NCBI GenBank assembly: GCA_963804245.1
Contig: CAWDPQ010000019.1
Coordinates: 70,949 to 134,948, forward strand
DNA: 64,000 nt
Direction: 5' to 3'
Origin: an uncultured Acidobacteriota bacterium
GTDB lineage: Bacteria > Acidobacteriota > Vicinamibacteria > Vicinamibacterales > 2-12-FULL-66-21
Positions 1 to 9,736 of the stretch are shown in pieces (position 1 is the first letter of the stretch; the number at the start of each line of letters is the position of its first letter). The notes below the pieces were generated by a model. It did no database searches and was not told the origin of the DNA. It worked only from the letters and a program-made list of their open reading frames with translations. A program made the position numbers and the translations under genes.

Positions 1-2577
1 TGCGATCACTGCCATCCCCGTCAGCATCGCCGCGACGATGGTCAGCGACAGCGGATCGGTCGCGCCTGGACCGGGCCCGCCGCTGGAAAACATACGGTCC
101 CACAGCATCGTGCTCAGCACGCCGGCAAAGAACCCGAACGTGAGCTGAACGAGTACGCGCCGGCCGAGCACGGTGGCGACGTGACGAGGTCGAGCGCCGA
201 GTGTCATGCGCAGGCCGAGCTCGTGCGTTCGCCGGCTGACGCTATAAGACGTCACCGCGTAGAGTCCCACCGCAGAAAGTCCAACCGCAATGAGCGTGAG
301 GACACGGATGAGAGTCGCCGACAGGCGGCCGTTCCATTGCGCGTCGCGTACCGCCTGCGCCATGGTTCGCATGCGGTACAGAGGAAGCTGCGGATCCACG
401 GATTGAACTTCACGACGGATCGACGGAGCGAGGTCCGCCGCATCGGCGGGGCTGCGAATGAGCAGAACGGCCGTCGGCGGTGCGGCTGTTCGATAGGGCA
501 CGTAGACGAGGGCATCGGGCTCCGGAACGGGTCGCTGCCGGATGTCGGGCGCGACACCGACGATGGTCAACCAGTTCCGGACGCTCGACCCTTCATTTGG
601 CACAAACGAAATTCGTTGGCCGATCGGATCCTGACCGGAGAAGAGCTCTCTCACCAGGCGTTCGTTGACGATCGCGTGCGCCTGACCCGACGCGCCGTCG
701 TCGTCCGTGAAATCGCGTCCACGTGGGAGTGTCAGGCCCAGCGTCTGGAAGTATTGCGGTGCAACCATCACGATGCGGACCGATGAACCCTGATCGCCGG
801 TTGGAGGGCGTCCCTGAATCTCGAGCCGCTGTTGCGGTGCGCCCTGGAGGGGCAGCGCGCTGGCGATTGACATCGTCGAAATGGCCGGATTGGCCGCGAG
901 TCGCTCGTGCAGCCGACGGTAGAACTCATTTCGCTGACCAGGCGACTGGTACGACGCCGCGGGCAGAGTGATCGCTGCTGTGATCACCTGCCGCGAGTCG
1001 ATGATCTCATCTGAGGGCACGCCAGGTCGGGTGTTGCGAAGCGTCATCGTGAGCTGTGCCAGCATGAGCACAGCCAATCCGAATTCCACGGCCAGAAACG
1101 CGGTGGCCCAGCGTTGGGTTCCGCGCCGGCTCGTCGCCGTCGGTCCGCCGTCCTTCAATACTCCGATCACATCGGTCTTCGAGGCGTGAATCGCGGGCGG
1201 GAGACCGAACAGGAATACCGTCCCTGCTGATACGGCCACCAGAGCGAGGAACACCCGCGCGTCCAACGCGTAGTCGAGCCAATAGGGAAGGACATTCGGT
1301 GGAATGGCGGTCCGGAAGAGCCGAACGCCAATGGCGGCCAGCAGCAGGCCGAGCGTTCCACCGGCGGCCGCGAGTACCGTGCCTTCAATCAGTAATTGAC
1401 GCAGAACCCGGCGACGGCTGGCGCCGAGCGAGCTGCGAACGGCAATTTCACGAGCGCGCTGTGCAGCGTTGGCGAGCACGAGGTTGGCGACATTGGCACA
1501 TGAGATCAGCACGACGAGGAAACCAACGGTCATGAACGCCAGCCACGCCGGATCCGTCAACCGGCCGAGGAAGCGCTCGTTGATCGGCACCACTCGCGCG
1601 CGAACATTCTTGCTGGTCTCGGGATGTTCGCGGGACAAGCGATCGACGATCGACTCGATCTCCGTTCGCGCCTCGGCCACCGACACCGGCTCCTGAACGC
1701 GACCGAACACACTGAGCGTCCGCGCGTCGCGAGTCTGGGCCGTCAATCCAGGCATGTGCGACAGCGGCAGCCAGATTTCCGCGCTGCTCGGAAAGCCGGA
1801 GCGCGCCGGCATCACGCCGATGACCACGGTTGCCTGGCCGTCCACCCGGATCGAGCGTCCCAGGATGCTGCGATCAGCTCCGTAACGGGACGTCCACGCG
1901 CCCGTTCCCAGGATGGCCACCCGCTCGGCGCCACTGCGAGCGTCGTCCTGCGCGAATGTCCGGCCGAGGACGGGCCCCGCGCCGAGCAGTGAGAACGCGT
2001 TGTCGGAAACGAACGCACCATCGAGCCGTTCCGCCGCGCGCTCGTCCTCTGCGATCACCATCGCAGCGCCGGCGAACGCCGCCAGGTTGACGGACTGGGC
2101 TGCGCCGCGCAGATCCTCGAAGTCTAGGAAGGACAGTCCCCGGTCCGGGATGCGGTCATCGAAGGTGGACACGTACACGACCCGGTCGACGCGATCGATC
2201 GGCAGTCCACGAATCGTGTGTGCGTTGAGGATCGTGAACAGCATGTTATTGACACCGATGCCCAGTGCCAGGACGAGAACAGCAGTCAGGCTGTAACCGC
2301 GATCCCTCCTCAGCAGGCGCACCGCGAAGCGCACATCCTGCGTGAGCGCGTCGACAACCGGCAGCCCGCGCTGATCTCGGTAGGCTTCCTTGGTTTGCTC
2401 GATCCCTCCGAAGGCACGGCGTGCGGCAATCTGCGCCTCGGCAGGCGTCATTCCACGAGCGGCGTAGTCGGACGCGAGCTGGTCGAGATGTAACTGGATT
2501 TCTTCGGCCAGCAGTTCATCGCGACGGCGGCGCAGCACGAGATCCAGGACTCGGGAGAGGGCTTCACGAATCGACAC
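1..2577 (-). CDS. ADOP-family ABC-transporter permease (MacB-like periplasmic core plus two FtsX domains); C-terminus lies beyond position 1
   Basis: Absent from the ORF track only because it is open at the window edge. Hand translation of the minus strand from GTG 2577 (AGGAG 7 nt upstream) gives 859 codons without a stop: VSIREALSRVLDLVLRRRRDELLAEEIQLHLDQLASDYAARGMTPAEAQIAARRAFGG... FtsX loop motifs AQRAREIAVRSSLGASRRRV and SRRTHELGLRMTLGARPRHV are present. Paralogue of 47356-50046. Confidence 0.85.
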   Translation of the reverse strand, partial: MSIREALSRVLDLVLRRRRDELLAEEIQLHLDQLASDYAARGMTPAEAQIAARRAFGGIEQTKEAYRDQRGLPVVDALTQDVRFAVRLLRRDRGYSLTAVLVLALGIGVNNMLFTILNAHTIRGLPIDRVDRVVYVSTFDDRIPDRGLSFLDFEDLRGAAQSVNLAAFAGAAMVIAEDERAAERLDGAFVSDNAFSLLGAGPVLGRTFAQDDARSGAERVAILGTGAWTSRYGADRSILGRSIRVDGQATVVIGVMPARSGFPSSAEIWLPLSHMPGLTAQTRDARTLSVFGRVQEPVSVAEARTEIESIVDRLSREHPETSKNVRARVVPINERFLGRLTDPAWLAFMTVGFLVVLISCANVANLVLANAAQRAREIAVRSSLGASRRRVLRQLLIEGTVLAAAGGTLGLLLAAIGVRLFRTAIPPNVLPYWLDYALDARVFLALVAVSAGTVFLFGLPPAIHASKTDVIGVLKDGGPTATSRRGTQRWATAFLAVEFGLAVLMLAQLTMTLRNTRPGVPSDEIIDSRQVITAAITLPAASYQSPGQRNEFYRRLHERLAANPAISTMSIASALPLQGAPQQRLEIQGRPPTGDQGSSVRIVMVAPQYFQTLGLTLPRGRDFTDDDGASGQAHAIVNERLVRELFSGQDPIGQRISFVPNEGSSVRNWLTIVGVAPDIRQRPVPEPDALVYVPYRTAAPPTAVLLIRSPADAADLAPSIRREVQSVDPQLPLYRMRTMAQAVRDAQWNGRLSATLIRVLTLIAVGLSAVGLYAVTSYSVSRRTHELGLRMTLGARPRHVATVLGRRVLVQLTFGFFAGVLSTMLWDRMFSSGGPGPGATDPLSLTIVAAMLTGMAVIA

Positions 2578-2585
2578 GATGCGAC

Positions 2586-2639
2586 TCCTGTTGAACGGCA
2601 ACAGGAAGATGCCACGATTCCTGTTGAAAGGCAACAGGA
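2586..2639 (-). promoter_or_regulatory. Two tandem near-identical stem-loops (TCCTGTTG-N5-CAACAGGA) immediately 5' of the permease start; the proximal one buries the Shine-Dalgarno
   Basis: 2586-2606 and 2619-2639 are each perfect 8-bp stems with 5-nt loops. On the minus strand the proximal stem ends in CAACAGGAG-tcgcatc-GTG, so 4 of 5 SD bases are paired. Confidence 0.6.
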
Positions 2640-2656
2640 GCGTGTGGCTGGGCTTC

Positions 2657-2706
2657 GAGAAAGGAAGAAGGACGAAGGAAAAAAGAAGAAAAGAAGACGC
2701 TGGAAG
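2657..2706 (-). repeat. ~50-nt polypyrimidine (CT-rich) tract on the coding strand between the hydrolase stop and the permease leader
   Basis: The plus strand reads gagaaaggaagaaggacgaaggaaaaaagaagaaaagaagacgctggaag. This is a strong purine/pyrimidine strand asymmetry and low GC in a 65% GC context. Confidence 0.7.
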
Positions 2707-2725
2707 CTGGCGGCTGGGAGCTGAG

Positions 2726-4405
2726 CTAGCGGCTGCGGAACAGGAGCACCCAATCGCCTTCCGCCGGCGGGTCGAACCGTACCGCCGTTTCGGCGCGGAT
2801 GCCCTTCGCCGCCGTACGGGCGCCGCTGCGCGGATTGAACCAGGTCGAACGTCCCCTCGGCATGCTCGCCGCTTTGACCGTGATCGCTTGCGCTTCGGGG
2901 GAATACATGACGGCGAGATCGCGTGTCTCGGATGCGGCGGCCGCGATGAACCTTGCCGGTGCACCGGTGCCGGGCTGCTCGGCCAGGATCGCCTGCGCCG
3001 GCCGCAGCCGCCAGAAATCGATCGATGTAAAGAGCGTTGCCAGGTGCGCCATCTGTTCGGCTCCGGGCATCACCAACGCCTGTTTCCACGGCAACGGCGT
3101 ACCGCTTCCCGGATGATCGGTCGGCGTCGTGGTCCCATCGTCCCAGCCCCACACACCGTGTCCGCCGTACGAGACGCCGGCAGTAGGAGCATTGAGCAGA
3201 CTCCAGTAGATGGCACGGCGGACCACACCGGGCGGGATGGGTTTCCGCGACTGATACGCCAGGTGGTACTCGTATGGCGGTTCGAGATTGATGAACGGCC
3301 GTATTGGCTCGATGGACCAGTCGCGCGACGGCGGTCCCTCCGTCATCCACGCGAGCGTCTTGTCGTCGTCGCCGTGGCCGCTCTGGTATCCGTGGATATC
3401 GATCCACGGTTCGTTCTGGAATTCGCGGAGCACCCAGTGCATGCCTCCCGGGTGGAGGACAACGGGCGCGTGACCTCCTTCGCCGAACACGGCGCGGCCG
3501 ATCCGTTTCCACTTTTCTGCTTTGTCTCCGCGGTAGTCACCGTCGCCGGGCAGAATCCAGACCACATCGTGCGCCTGCCAGCGCGCAACCATGTACTGCG
3601 CGAGCCGGATCGCCTGATCTTCCGGCAACGAGAAACCGGGATTGATCTTGGGGTTCGATCCGCCACCGATCGCCCAGAGCAGGACCGGCGCGCTCAGCAA
3701 ACCGGCGCGATTGAGAGCGGCGACTTTTGCGTCCAGCCGTTGAAAGAACTCCGGGTTGATGGCAATGCGGTCCTGTCCTGAGAAGGCCAGCTCGCGCAAT
3801 CGATCGCCTTCCGGCGACGCACGCCATTGAGTCGTGACCCACTGCACGGCAGTAAAACGCTGGCGCACTCGCTGGTCGACGTAATGCTGCCACTCGTCGG
3901 GTGTTGAGAGCAGCGCCGCATTCCAGCCGGTGTCGCACAGCCAGAAGAACGGCGTCCCATCGGCATGTTCGAGGAAGGTACGGCTGCGGGCCACGCGAAC
4001 CGGTCCGTGACGATCGAACCGCGTTTGACCTTTCGCTGCGACTACACGGAACGTGCCGGATTGCGCGTGGAGCCCGCTGTTCGATGCTGGAACAGCAGTC
4101 GTCGCGTACGTCCATTGGCCCGGTTCGTCCGGCGAGAAGCGGACGCGCCAGGTTGTGCCGCCGTCCCAGAAGCCAAGCACGGAACGCGTCTGCCGGGAAG
4201 GCGCGGTGAAAGTAACGCGCAGCTCGGTATCCTGCAGCGGATTGTCGGACGGCTGACTGCTCGTGAACGTCGCCTCGAAAATGCCCCAGCGCGGAACCTC
4301 TCCTTTTCCTTGAGCCGAAAGGGGCCAGGTCGCCAGCACTGCCGCGACCGCAAGCGAGCCGAGCGCAGACCATGCCGCCGTCAACGTTTTGCTGCGAGCC
4401 GCCAA
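2726..4405 (-). CDS. Secreted glycoside hydrolase, DUF4038/GH140-like barrel with DUF5060-like N-domain and collagen-binding-like C-domain
   Basis: ORF 2726-4780. Recognisable segments include WGIFEATFTS...WRVRFSPDEPGQWTY (Ig-like), TPFFWLCDTGWNA, IDIHGYQSGHG and VSYGGHGVWGWDDG. The 5' third of the track ORF overlaps the kinase gene. In-frame TTG 4405 gives the signal peptide MAARSKTLTAAWSALGSLAVAAVLATWPLSAQG; TTG 4384 (TTGA overlap with the kinase stop) is the alternative. Confidence 0.8.
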   Translation of the reverse strand: MAARSKTLTAAWSALGSLAVAAVLATWPLSAQGKGEVPRWGIFEATFTSSQPSDNPLQDTELRVTFTAPSRQTRSVLGFWDGGTTWRVRFSPDEPGQWTYATTAVPASNSGLHAQSGTFRVVAAKGQTRFDRHGPVRVARSRTFLEHADGTPFFWLCDTGWNAALLSTPDEWQHYVDQRVRQRFTAVQWVTTQWRASPEGDRLRELAFSGQDRIAINPEFFQRLDAKVAALNRAGLLSAPVLLWAIGGGSNPKINPGFSLPEDQAIRLAQYMVARWQAHDVVWILPGDGDYRGDKAEKWKRIGRAVFGEGGHAPVVLHPGGMHWVLREFQNEPWIDIHGYQSGHGDDDKTLAWMTEGPPSRDWSIEPIRPFINLEPPYEYHLAYQSRKPIPPGVVRRAIYWSLLNAPTAGVSYGGHGVWGWDDGTTTPTDHPGSGTPLPWKQALVMPGAEQMAHLATLFTSIDFWRLRPAQAILAEQPGTGAPARFIAAAASETRDLAVMYSPEAQAITVKAASMPRGRSTWFNPRSGARTAAKGIRAETAVRFDPPAEGDWVLLFRSR

Positions 4406-5564
4406 AATTGTCCTTCGTTGAGAAGCGTGATTCGATGTCCCTTTTCGCGCAGCCGCTTGATCTCCATCAGCTTCAGCCCGCCCTCCTTGCCGGCGGCCTG
4501 CTGCGGGTTGGGACGGCCGCGAACGACGACCGTCGTGCGCGCCGACGGCATCCCATGGACGATGGCACCGGCGCGACGGGCCGCAGCCATCGCGTCGCGC
4601 CGTTTGCGCGTCAGAATTCCCGTGAATGCCAGGTGCACGCCCTTCAGCGTGCGGAGGATGCCGGCGTGCAGGGCGGCCGGAGGGTTGCGCAGCGCGTCGA
4701 TCAACTCGTTGGCGCTTTCGTAGCGCTTCCGCCGCTCGCCGATACAGCGATAGATGATCTCTTTCAGATGATCGCTGCACGCGAGCGATCGCACCTCATA
4801 GGGACGAACGCGCGTACCCGCATCGCCCTTTACCAGCATGCCAAGCAGTTGCCCGACCTGATAGACGTCGTCTCGCGTCTGCCACTTGGGTGCGGCACGG
4901 TCGAGGATGTCGCTCGGCGCCGTCATGGCGTTCAAGGTTCGCGCGGTGATGCCGCGGGTATCGCTCTGCTGACGGGCGATCCCGAAATCACCGAGCTTGA
5001 GCCGGCGACCATCGCACACGAAGATGTTGAGCGGAGTGAGGTCCCGGTGCAGCGTTTGTCCCCGATGGAGCTTGCCGAGGACATCGAGAATCCCGGCGAT
5101 CTCCCGCCGCGTCGTCGTTTCACTCCATCCTTTGCTGTCGCGGCTGAGGAACGCTCCCAGATCGCCGTGACGCGCGTATCGAGCGTCAGACAATACAGCA
5201 CGCGTTCGCCGCTGCTGCTGTGCGTGGGGAAGAGGGGAAACGCGTCGAACACGCGGATGGCGCGTGGATGACCGTCCAGGAGCCGACCGAAATACGCCTC
5301 GCGCAGCCAGCTGTCGATGTGCTGGCTGACTTTGATGCACACCGTATCGGGCACATCGGTGGATCGCCCAATACGCTCCGCGAGATAGACCTGTCCGAAT
5401 CCGCCTTCGCCGAGCAACTGCTGGACGCGGTAGCGCAGCCGCGTCTCCGGGCTGACGATGACCTGCGCCTCCTCGAGCAGTTGGCCGTGCCTTCGGCGCG
5501 TTCCCACGGTTCTCGCCGTCCGCGTCGTTGCGTCAGGTGGATGTAACCGAAGGGTAACGGGCAA
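4381..5564 (-). pseudogene. Ser/Thr protein kinase with C-terminal BRCT domain; frame broken once (~5179), which may be a sequence error
   Basis: The N-lobe (LLGEGGFGQVYLAER...VCIKV) is in the frame of ORF 4932-5792. The catalytic loop, DFG and BRCT (HRDLTPLNIF, LGDFGIA, GVHLAFTGILTRKRRDAMAAARRAGAIV...LLNEGQFWRL) are in the frame of ORF 4381-5340. Restoring one A in CTC-GA(A)-TAC gives a continuous ..VLYCLTLEYARHGDLGAFL... Start is in-frame TTG 5564 with AGGAG 6 nt upstream. Confidence 0.8.
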
Positions 5565-5662
5565 CGTCAGCTCCTGGGTTTGAATTATTTCATTAGTCGG
5601 CGCGGCCTGCCGCGCCGCTAGCGGAGCGGAGCTGGCGCTGAAGCTTAGCGGAGGCGGGCTGG

Positions 5663-7958
5663 CTAGAATCGCAGCAACCGGGTTAGTTTGACCGTCAGCC
5701 CGCGATTGGTGAGCGTGGGAAATCCGCTCTCGAGCGTGTCGCGGCCATCGCTGTAGACGATGAACAGCTCGCTCAGCGGGCGGTACTCCCACCGGAATCG
5801 CACGTTGGTGGTGACCAGGTTGCTGGTCGAGTTGTACTGAATGAGCGCCGCGGTCAGCATGCGCGGCGTGAACGATAGCGTCGCACGTCCGCTCAGCAGC
5901 GTTGCAATGAAGTGTTCTGTCGGCAGGTTCACCCAGTTGAGCGAGATGCCCGGTTCGACTGAGAGTCGTGACGTCAGCTCTGCGCGTCCGCGATAGGCGA
6001 GATCGGTGCGATCGCCGTCGTAGAACGTTCCGTAGGCGGCGCTGACGTCGCCCGAAATCCGGCGCTGAGTGCCGAGCGTGTAATTTCCGCGCACGGTCGG
6101 AGAGTGATAGGCCCCGGCTGGTACGAACGTGCCGGGCACAATCTCGAACGGGTTGGCCAGGAACTCGAAGTCGCGGCTGTAGCCGACGCTCCAGGTGTCA
6201 CCGTTCTGCAGCTCCGTTCTCACCCCGATGCGCGCCTGCCGGTTCTCGAGGTCGCGATCGCCGTTCGTGATGTAGTCGAGCGCCCCTTCGTAGTTGATGC
6301 GGCGCACCGATTGCCAGGTCTTCGGCCTTCGGCTGATGCGCAGCTGCGCCAGCGTCTCGATGAAGTCGGTACGGCGAAGGAATCCCACCTCGGGCTTGAA
6401 GTTCCTGCCGACCGCGAGTTGTTCGACCTGTACACCGAGTCGATCCGCGTCGTAGTCGAAGCGCGCCCGGTAGCTGTGATCGTCGCCGCGAAACCCGGGC
6501 GTGCGCGATCCGGCCACGTAGCCGACGATGTTGACGCTCTGGAAAAAGGAGAGGTTGGCGTCGACGCCGAGCACGAGGTTGTCTTCGGGGCCGACCGGGT
6601 TCGGAACGTCTGAAGTTGCCGCCCCCGCGGCGCGATTGGTGCCGATGAACCCGATGTAGCTTCGCCGCAGAATGTCCCGCTTCAGGCGAACGACACTGAA
6701 GTTCGTCGACGTCGTGCGCGCCTCGCGGCTGTCATCGGTCTGGATGTCGAGCAATCCGATGCTGTATCGGCCCGCCTTGCCGGTCAATCTGCCACCGGCT
6801 TCGATCGGGACGGCACGATTTCCGCTCAGTCCGATGCGGCGGCTGAAGAAGAGCACCGGCGTATTGACCGGCGCTGACGTCGCCGCGCCGGTGGGTGGAG
6901 TCGTCGTCGCACCGCCAAACGCAAACAGCCCCTGGCCCTCGAGGAAGAAATCGCGCTTTTCCGGGAAGAGGAGGCTGAAGCGTGTGAGGTTGACCTGCTG
7001 GTCGTCGTCTTCAACCTGTGCGAAGTCCGTGCGATAGGTGAAGTCGCTGGTCAGGCTCTGCGTGATGCCGTACTTGACGTCGAATCCGGCATTTCGATCG
7101 AACTCGGTTCTCGAACGCCGGATCGAGCGCGCGGTCTGCCTTGACGCCGCCAACGGCGTACGGTTTGACGTCGAGATTGAGCGCCGCCGGCGGTGCTTCG
7201 AGGCCGACGAGCGTTGCGGCTTCCGAGAACCGGAGGATCCCTCGCGCTCCATACTGGCGCGGCACCGGGCTCAGATATGAGAGCTCGTTCTTCCAGCGAA
7301 CGTTGCGGCGGATGTTGATGCCCCACTCCTGCGGCCCGCTCCCGCGATATCTGAGCGAACGGAAGGGAATCGCCATCTCAACGGTGAAGCCTTCGGCATC
7401 GCGGCGACTGCGCGGCACCCACACCGTATTCCAGTTGCGATTGGCGTCGCGCTCGTCGGTAACCTGCGTGTCCCACGCGCCGCCGATAGAGTTCATCAGG
7501 AACTCGTAGCCGTTGCGGCGATCGTGATACGTGTCGATGACGACGCTCAGGTTGTCGTTCTGACTGACGTTGCTGCCGTCGCGGCGCATGTCGTTGGCGA
7601 CGATGCGGTGCGGCTGGCTGTCGCGGCAGCGCGCCGCGATGTAGATGTTCTTGTCGTCGAACATCAGCCATACGAGCGTCGGCTCCGTGGCCAGCTCGCC
7701 TTCATGCGGATCCTGCTGAATGAAGTCGGTGATGGCGGGAAGGCGTTGATAGAGGGCCTCGTCGAGGATCCCATCGATGCGCGGCACGTCCTGTTCGGAT
7801 ACGCGGATGGCGCGCACCGTGACCCGCCCCTCACTATCGCGCCCCTTGACCTGCAGAGACACGACCCCAGGGTTGCTCGAATCCTGAGACGCCGCCGGTC
7901 GTGATGGGAAAACGATCAGCGCGACGAGGAGCGCGCCGACCACAACGGGGAAGCTCAC
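5663..7958 (-). pseudogene. DUF5916 / carbohydrate-binding-family-9-like secreted protein; frame broken once (7101-7110)
   Basis: The N-terminal part is in ORF 7011-7958 (signal MSFPVVVGALLVALIVFPSRPAASQ; IDGILDEALY...NIYIAARC...). The remainder is in ORF 5663-7252 (FDVKYGITQSLTSDFTYRTDFAQVEDD... ending LTRLLRF). The junction ..DPAFENR|TEFDRNAGFDVKYG.. needs a 1-nt correction. Confidence 0.75.
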
Positions 7959-7976
7959 CGGAGAAGGAGGATATCA

Positions 7977-8020
7977 GAGCGCCGAGCGCCGAGCGCCGAG
8001 CGCCGAGCCCCGAGCCCCCC
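7977..8020. repeat. Tandem heptamer array (GAGCGCC)x4 degrading to GAGCCCC/GAGCCCCCC
   Basis: Read directly from the sequence. It lies 19 nt upstream of the DUF5916 start codon. A related array is at 63488-63525. Confidence 0.9.
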
Positions 8021-8185
8021 AGCCTCCGCTAGCCTCGGCGCGGCCAGGCTCGCCGAGCACACGCTGCGCGCTCGTCGCTCCGCATTCGCGCTCGCTCGGG
8101 CCGCAGGCGCTGGGCACGCCGGTTGAAGGAAGCGGCGGCACTCCTACGCAGGGAACACCCGTTCCGTTCGTGACGCGGTCCAGTC

Positions 8186-9301
8186 GTGGCACGCGGGGAG
8201 GCGGAAACCGGTGGGTTTTCTGGCATTTTCGACGTAACAGCTGTTGCCTTCATCCTCGTGGACCGCCGTGATAGTAGGCTGGTCGAAGGAGCTTATGTGG
8301 GCAGCCGCGGCTGGGATCTGACGACGGGCGGCGGCGGAGCGGCAGGGGAGATCGACCTCAACGGCACGCCGGCGCAATATTTGTCGACGAGCCGCCAGCG
8401 CGATCAAGCCGTAATCGATTTCCTGAGCGCCAACGTCGCCAATCCGTTCCGCGGTCTGATTCCCGGCGTCGGCATCAACGGCAACATCACCCGCGCGCAG
8501 TTGCTGCGGCCCTATCCGCACCTCCTCAACGTCCGCACCTGGAACTCCGACGGCACCAGCAGGTACAACTCGGCGCAATTCAAGATCGAGAAGCGCTTCA
8601 CCCGCGGCTACACGCTGCTCGCCGGCTACACCTGGTCGAAGTTCACCGAGCGGGTCTTCCAGCTCAATCCGGGCGACACCACGTACGAGGAGCGGTTGTC
8701 CGAAGCCGACGTGCCGCATCGGCTCGCGGTCAGCGGCATCTGGGAGCTGCCCTTCGGACGCGGCCGCCACTGGGCCAGGGACGCGGGCGGATTGCTCGAC
8801 GCGGCGATCGGTGGATGGAGCCTGCAGGCCATCGGCCAGATCCAGAGCGGCCGGCCGATCAGCTTCCACGACCGGAACATCTACTTCAACGGCGATCTGG
8901 GCGCGCTGAAGACCGGCTTTACGGGCGACTCGAGGAATCCGGTGTTCGACATCAGCGGCTTCTACTTCAGCGATGCGGCGGTGATGACCAACGGGCAGCT
9001 CGATCCGGCGAAGCAGCGAGCGGATCAGCGCATCCGGCTGGCCAACAATATCCGTTACTTCCCGTCGCGCGTGCCCGGCCTGCGCAGCCAGCCGCTGAAT
9101 CTTTGGGACATCTCGCTGGTGAAACAGGTGCGTTTCGGCGACCGCCTGCGCGCGCAGTTCCACGTCGAGTTCCTGAACGCCTTCAACAGTCCGGTGTTCA
9201 GCAATCCGAATACCAATCCGACGAAGGCCCACTTCGGACGGGTGACGAGCCAGGGGAACCTGCCGCGCGACATCCAGCTCGCGGCGAAGATCCTGTTCTA
9301 G
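8186..9301 (+). pseudogene. 5'-truncated TonB-dependent receptor remnant (only the C-terminal ~330 codons of a ~1100-codon family)
   Basis: ORF 8186-9301 aligns by eye with the C-terminal third of the receptor at 17259-20671 ([66 protein letters not shown], final ILF). There is no plug or N-domain, and only ~230 nt of repeat-rich non-coding DNA lies upstream. Confidence 0.7.
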
Positions 9302-9315
9302 TCTCGCGCTTCGGG

Positions 9316-9350
9316 AGCCGCGGTCCCAGCCAAACGCTGAGACCGCGGCT
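9316..9350 (+). terminator. 10-bp perfect stem-loop (AGCCGCGGTC...GACCGCGGCT) 15 nt after the receptor-remnant stop
   Basis: Inverted repeat read from the sequence with a 15-nt loop. There is no clear U-tract, so the terminator role is tentative. Confidence 0.4.
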
Positions 9351-9736
9351 GTCTCAGTTCCGACCGTCTGCCGCGACTGAAATTCGAAGGCCGCCCACTT
9401 GCCAAGAGCTTTCAACGCTGAGTTCGCTGAGAACCGCAGAGACGACATGGATGATTAGTGGCGACCCAGGGCGGTCGCGCGGGGCGACCGCCCTCAGTGC
9501 TCGGTTAACCCCCGGTGTCTCTGCTCCTCGGCGTTCTCTGCGTTTCGGCTCTTTACAAGCGATGTCTTGAACATCAAAAGCTCCTTGTCTCCTTGTCTCC
9601 TGTCGGTTCCTGACAGGCGGAAGATGTTCGAACGCTGCCCCTGAGCCGCGAAGCCCCCCGACCTCTCGACCCGGCTTGGTGAATCCCGCGATTGCGAATA
9701 GAGTTGCGCGCGCAGCCATCGCCTCGGACCCACTCC

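Noticed and set aside
2448-3781. ORFs 2448-3512(-) and 2579-3781(+) spanning the permease/hydrolase junction
   Set aside because: They overlap the GH140-like gene in other frames and run through the hairpin and CT-tract intergenic region. The translations are low complexity.
9302-9736. Small ORFs in the 435-nt gap upstream of the NRAMP-type gene (for example 9354-9719(-) and 9494-9769(-))
   Set aside because: They overlap each other in different frames, lack RBS and family signals, and the region is dominated by hairpins and octamer repeats. I treat it as non-coding.
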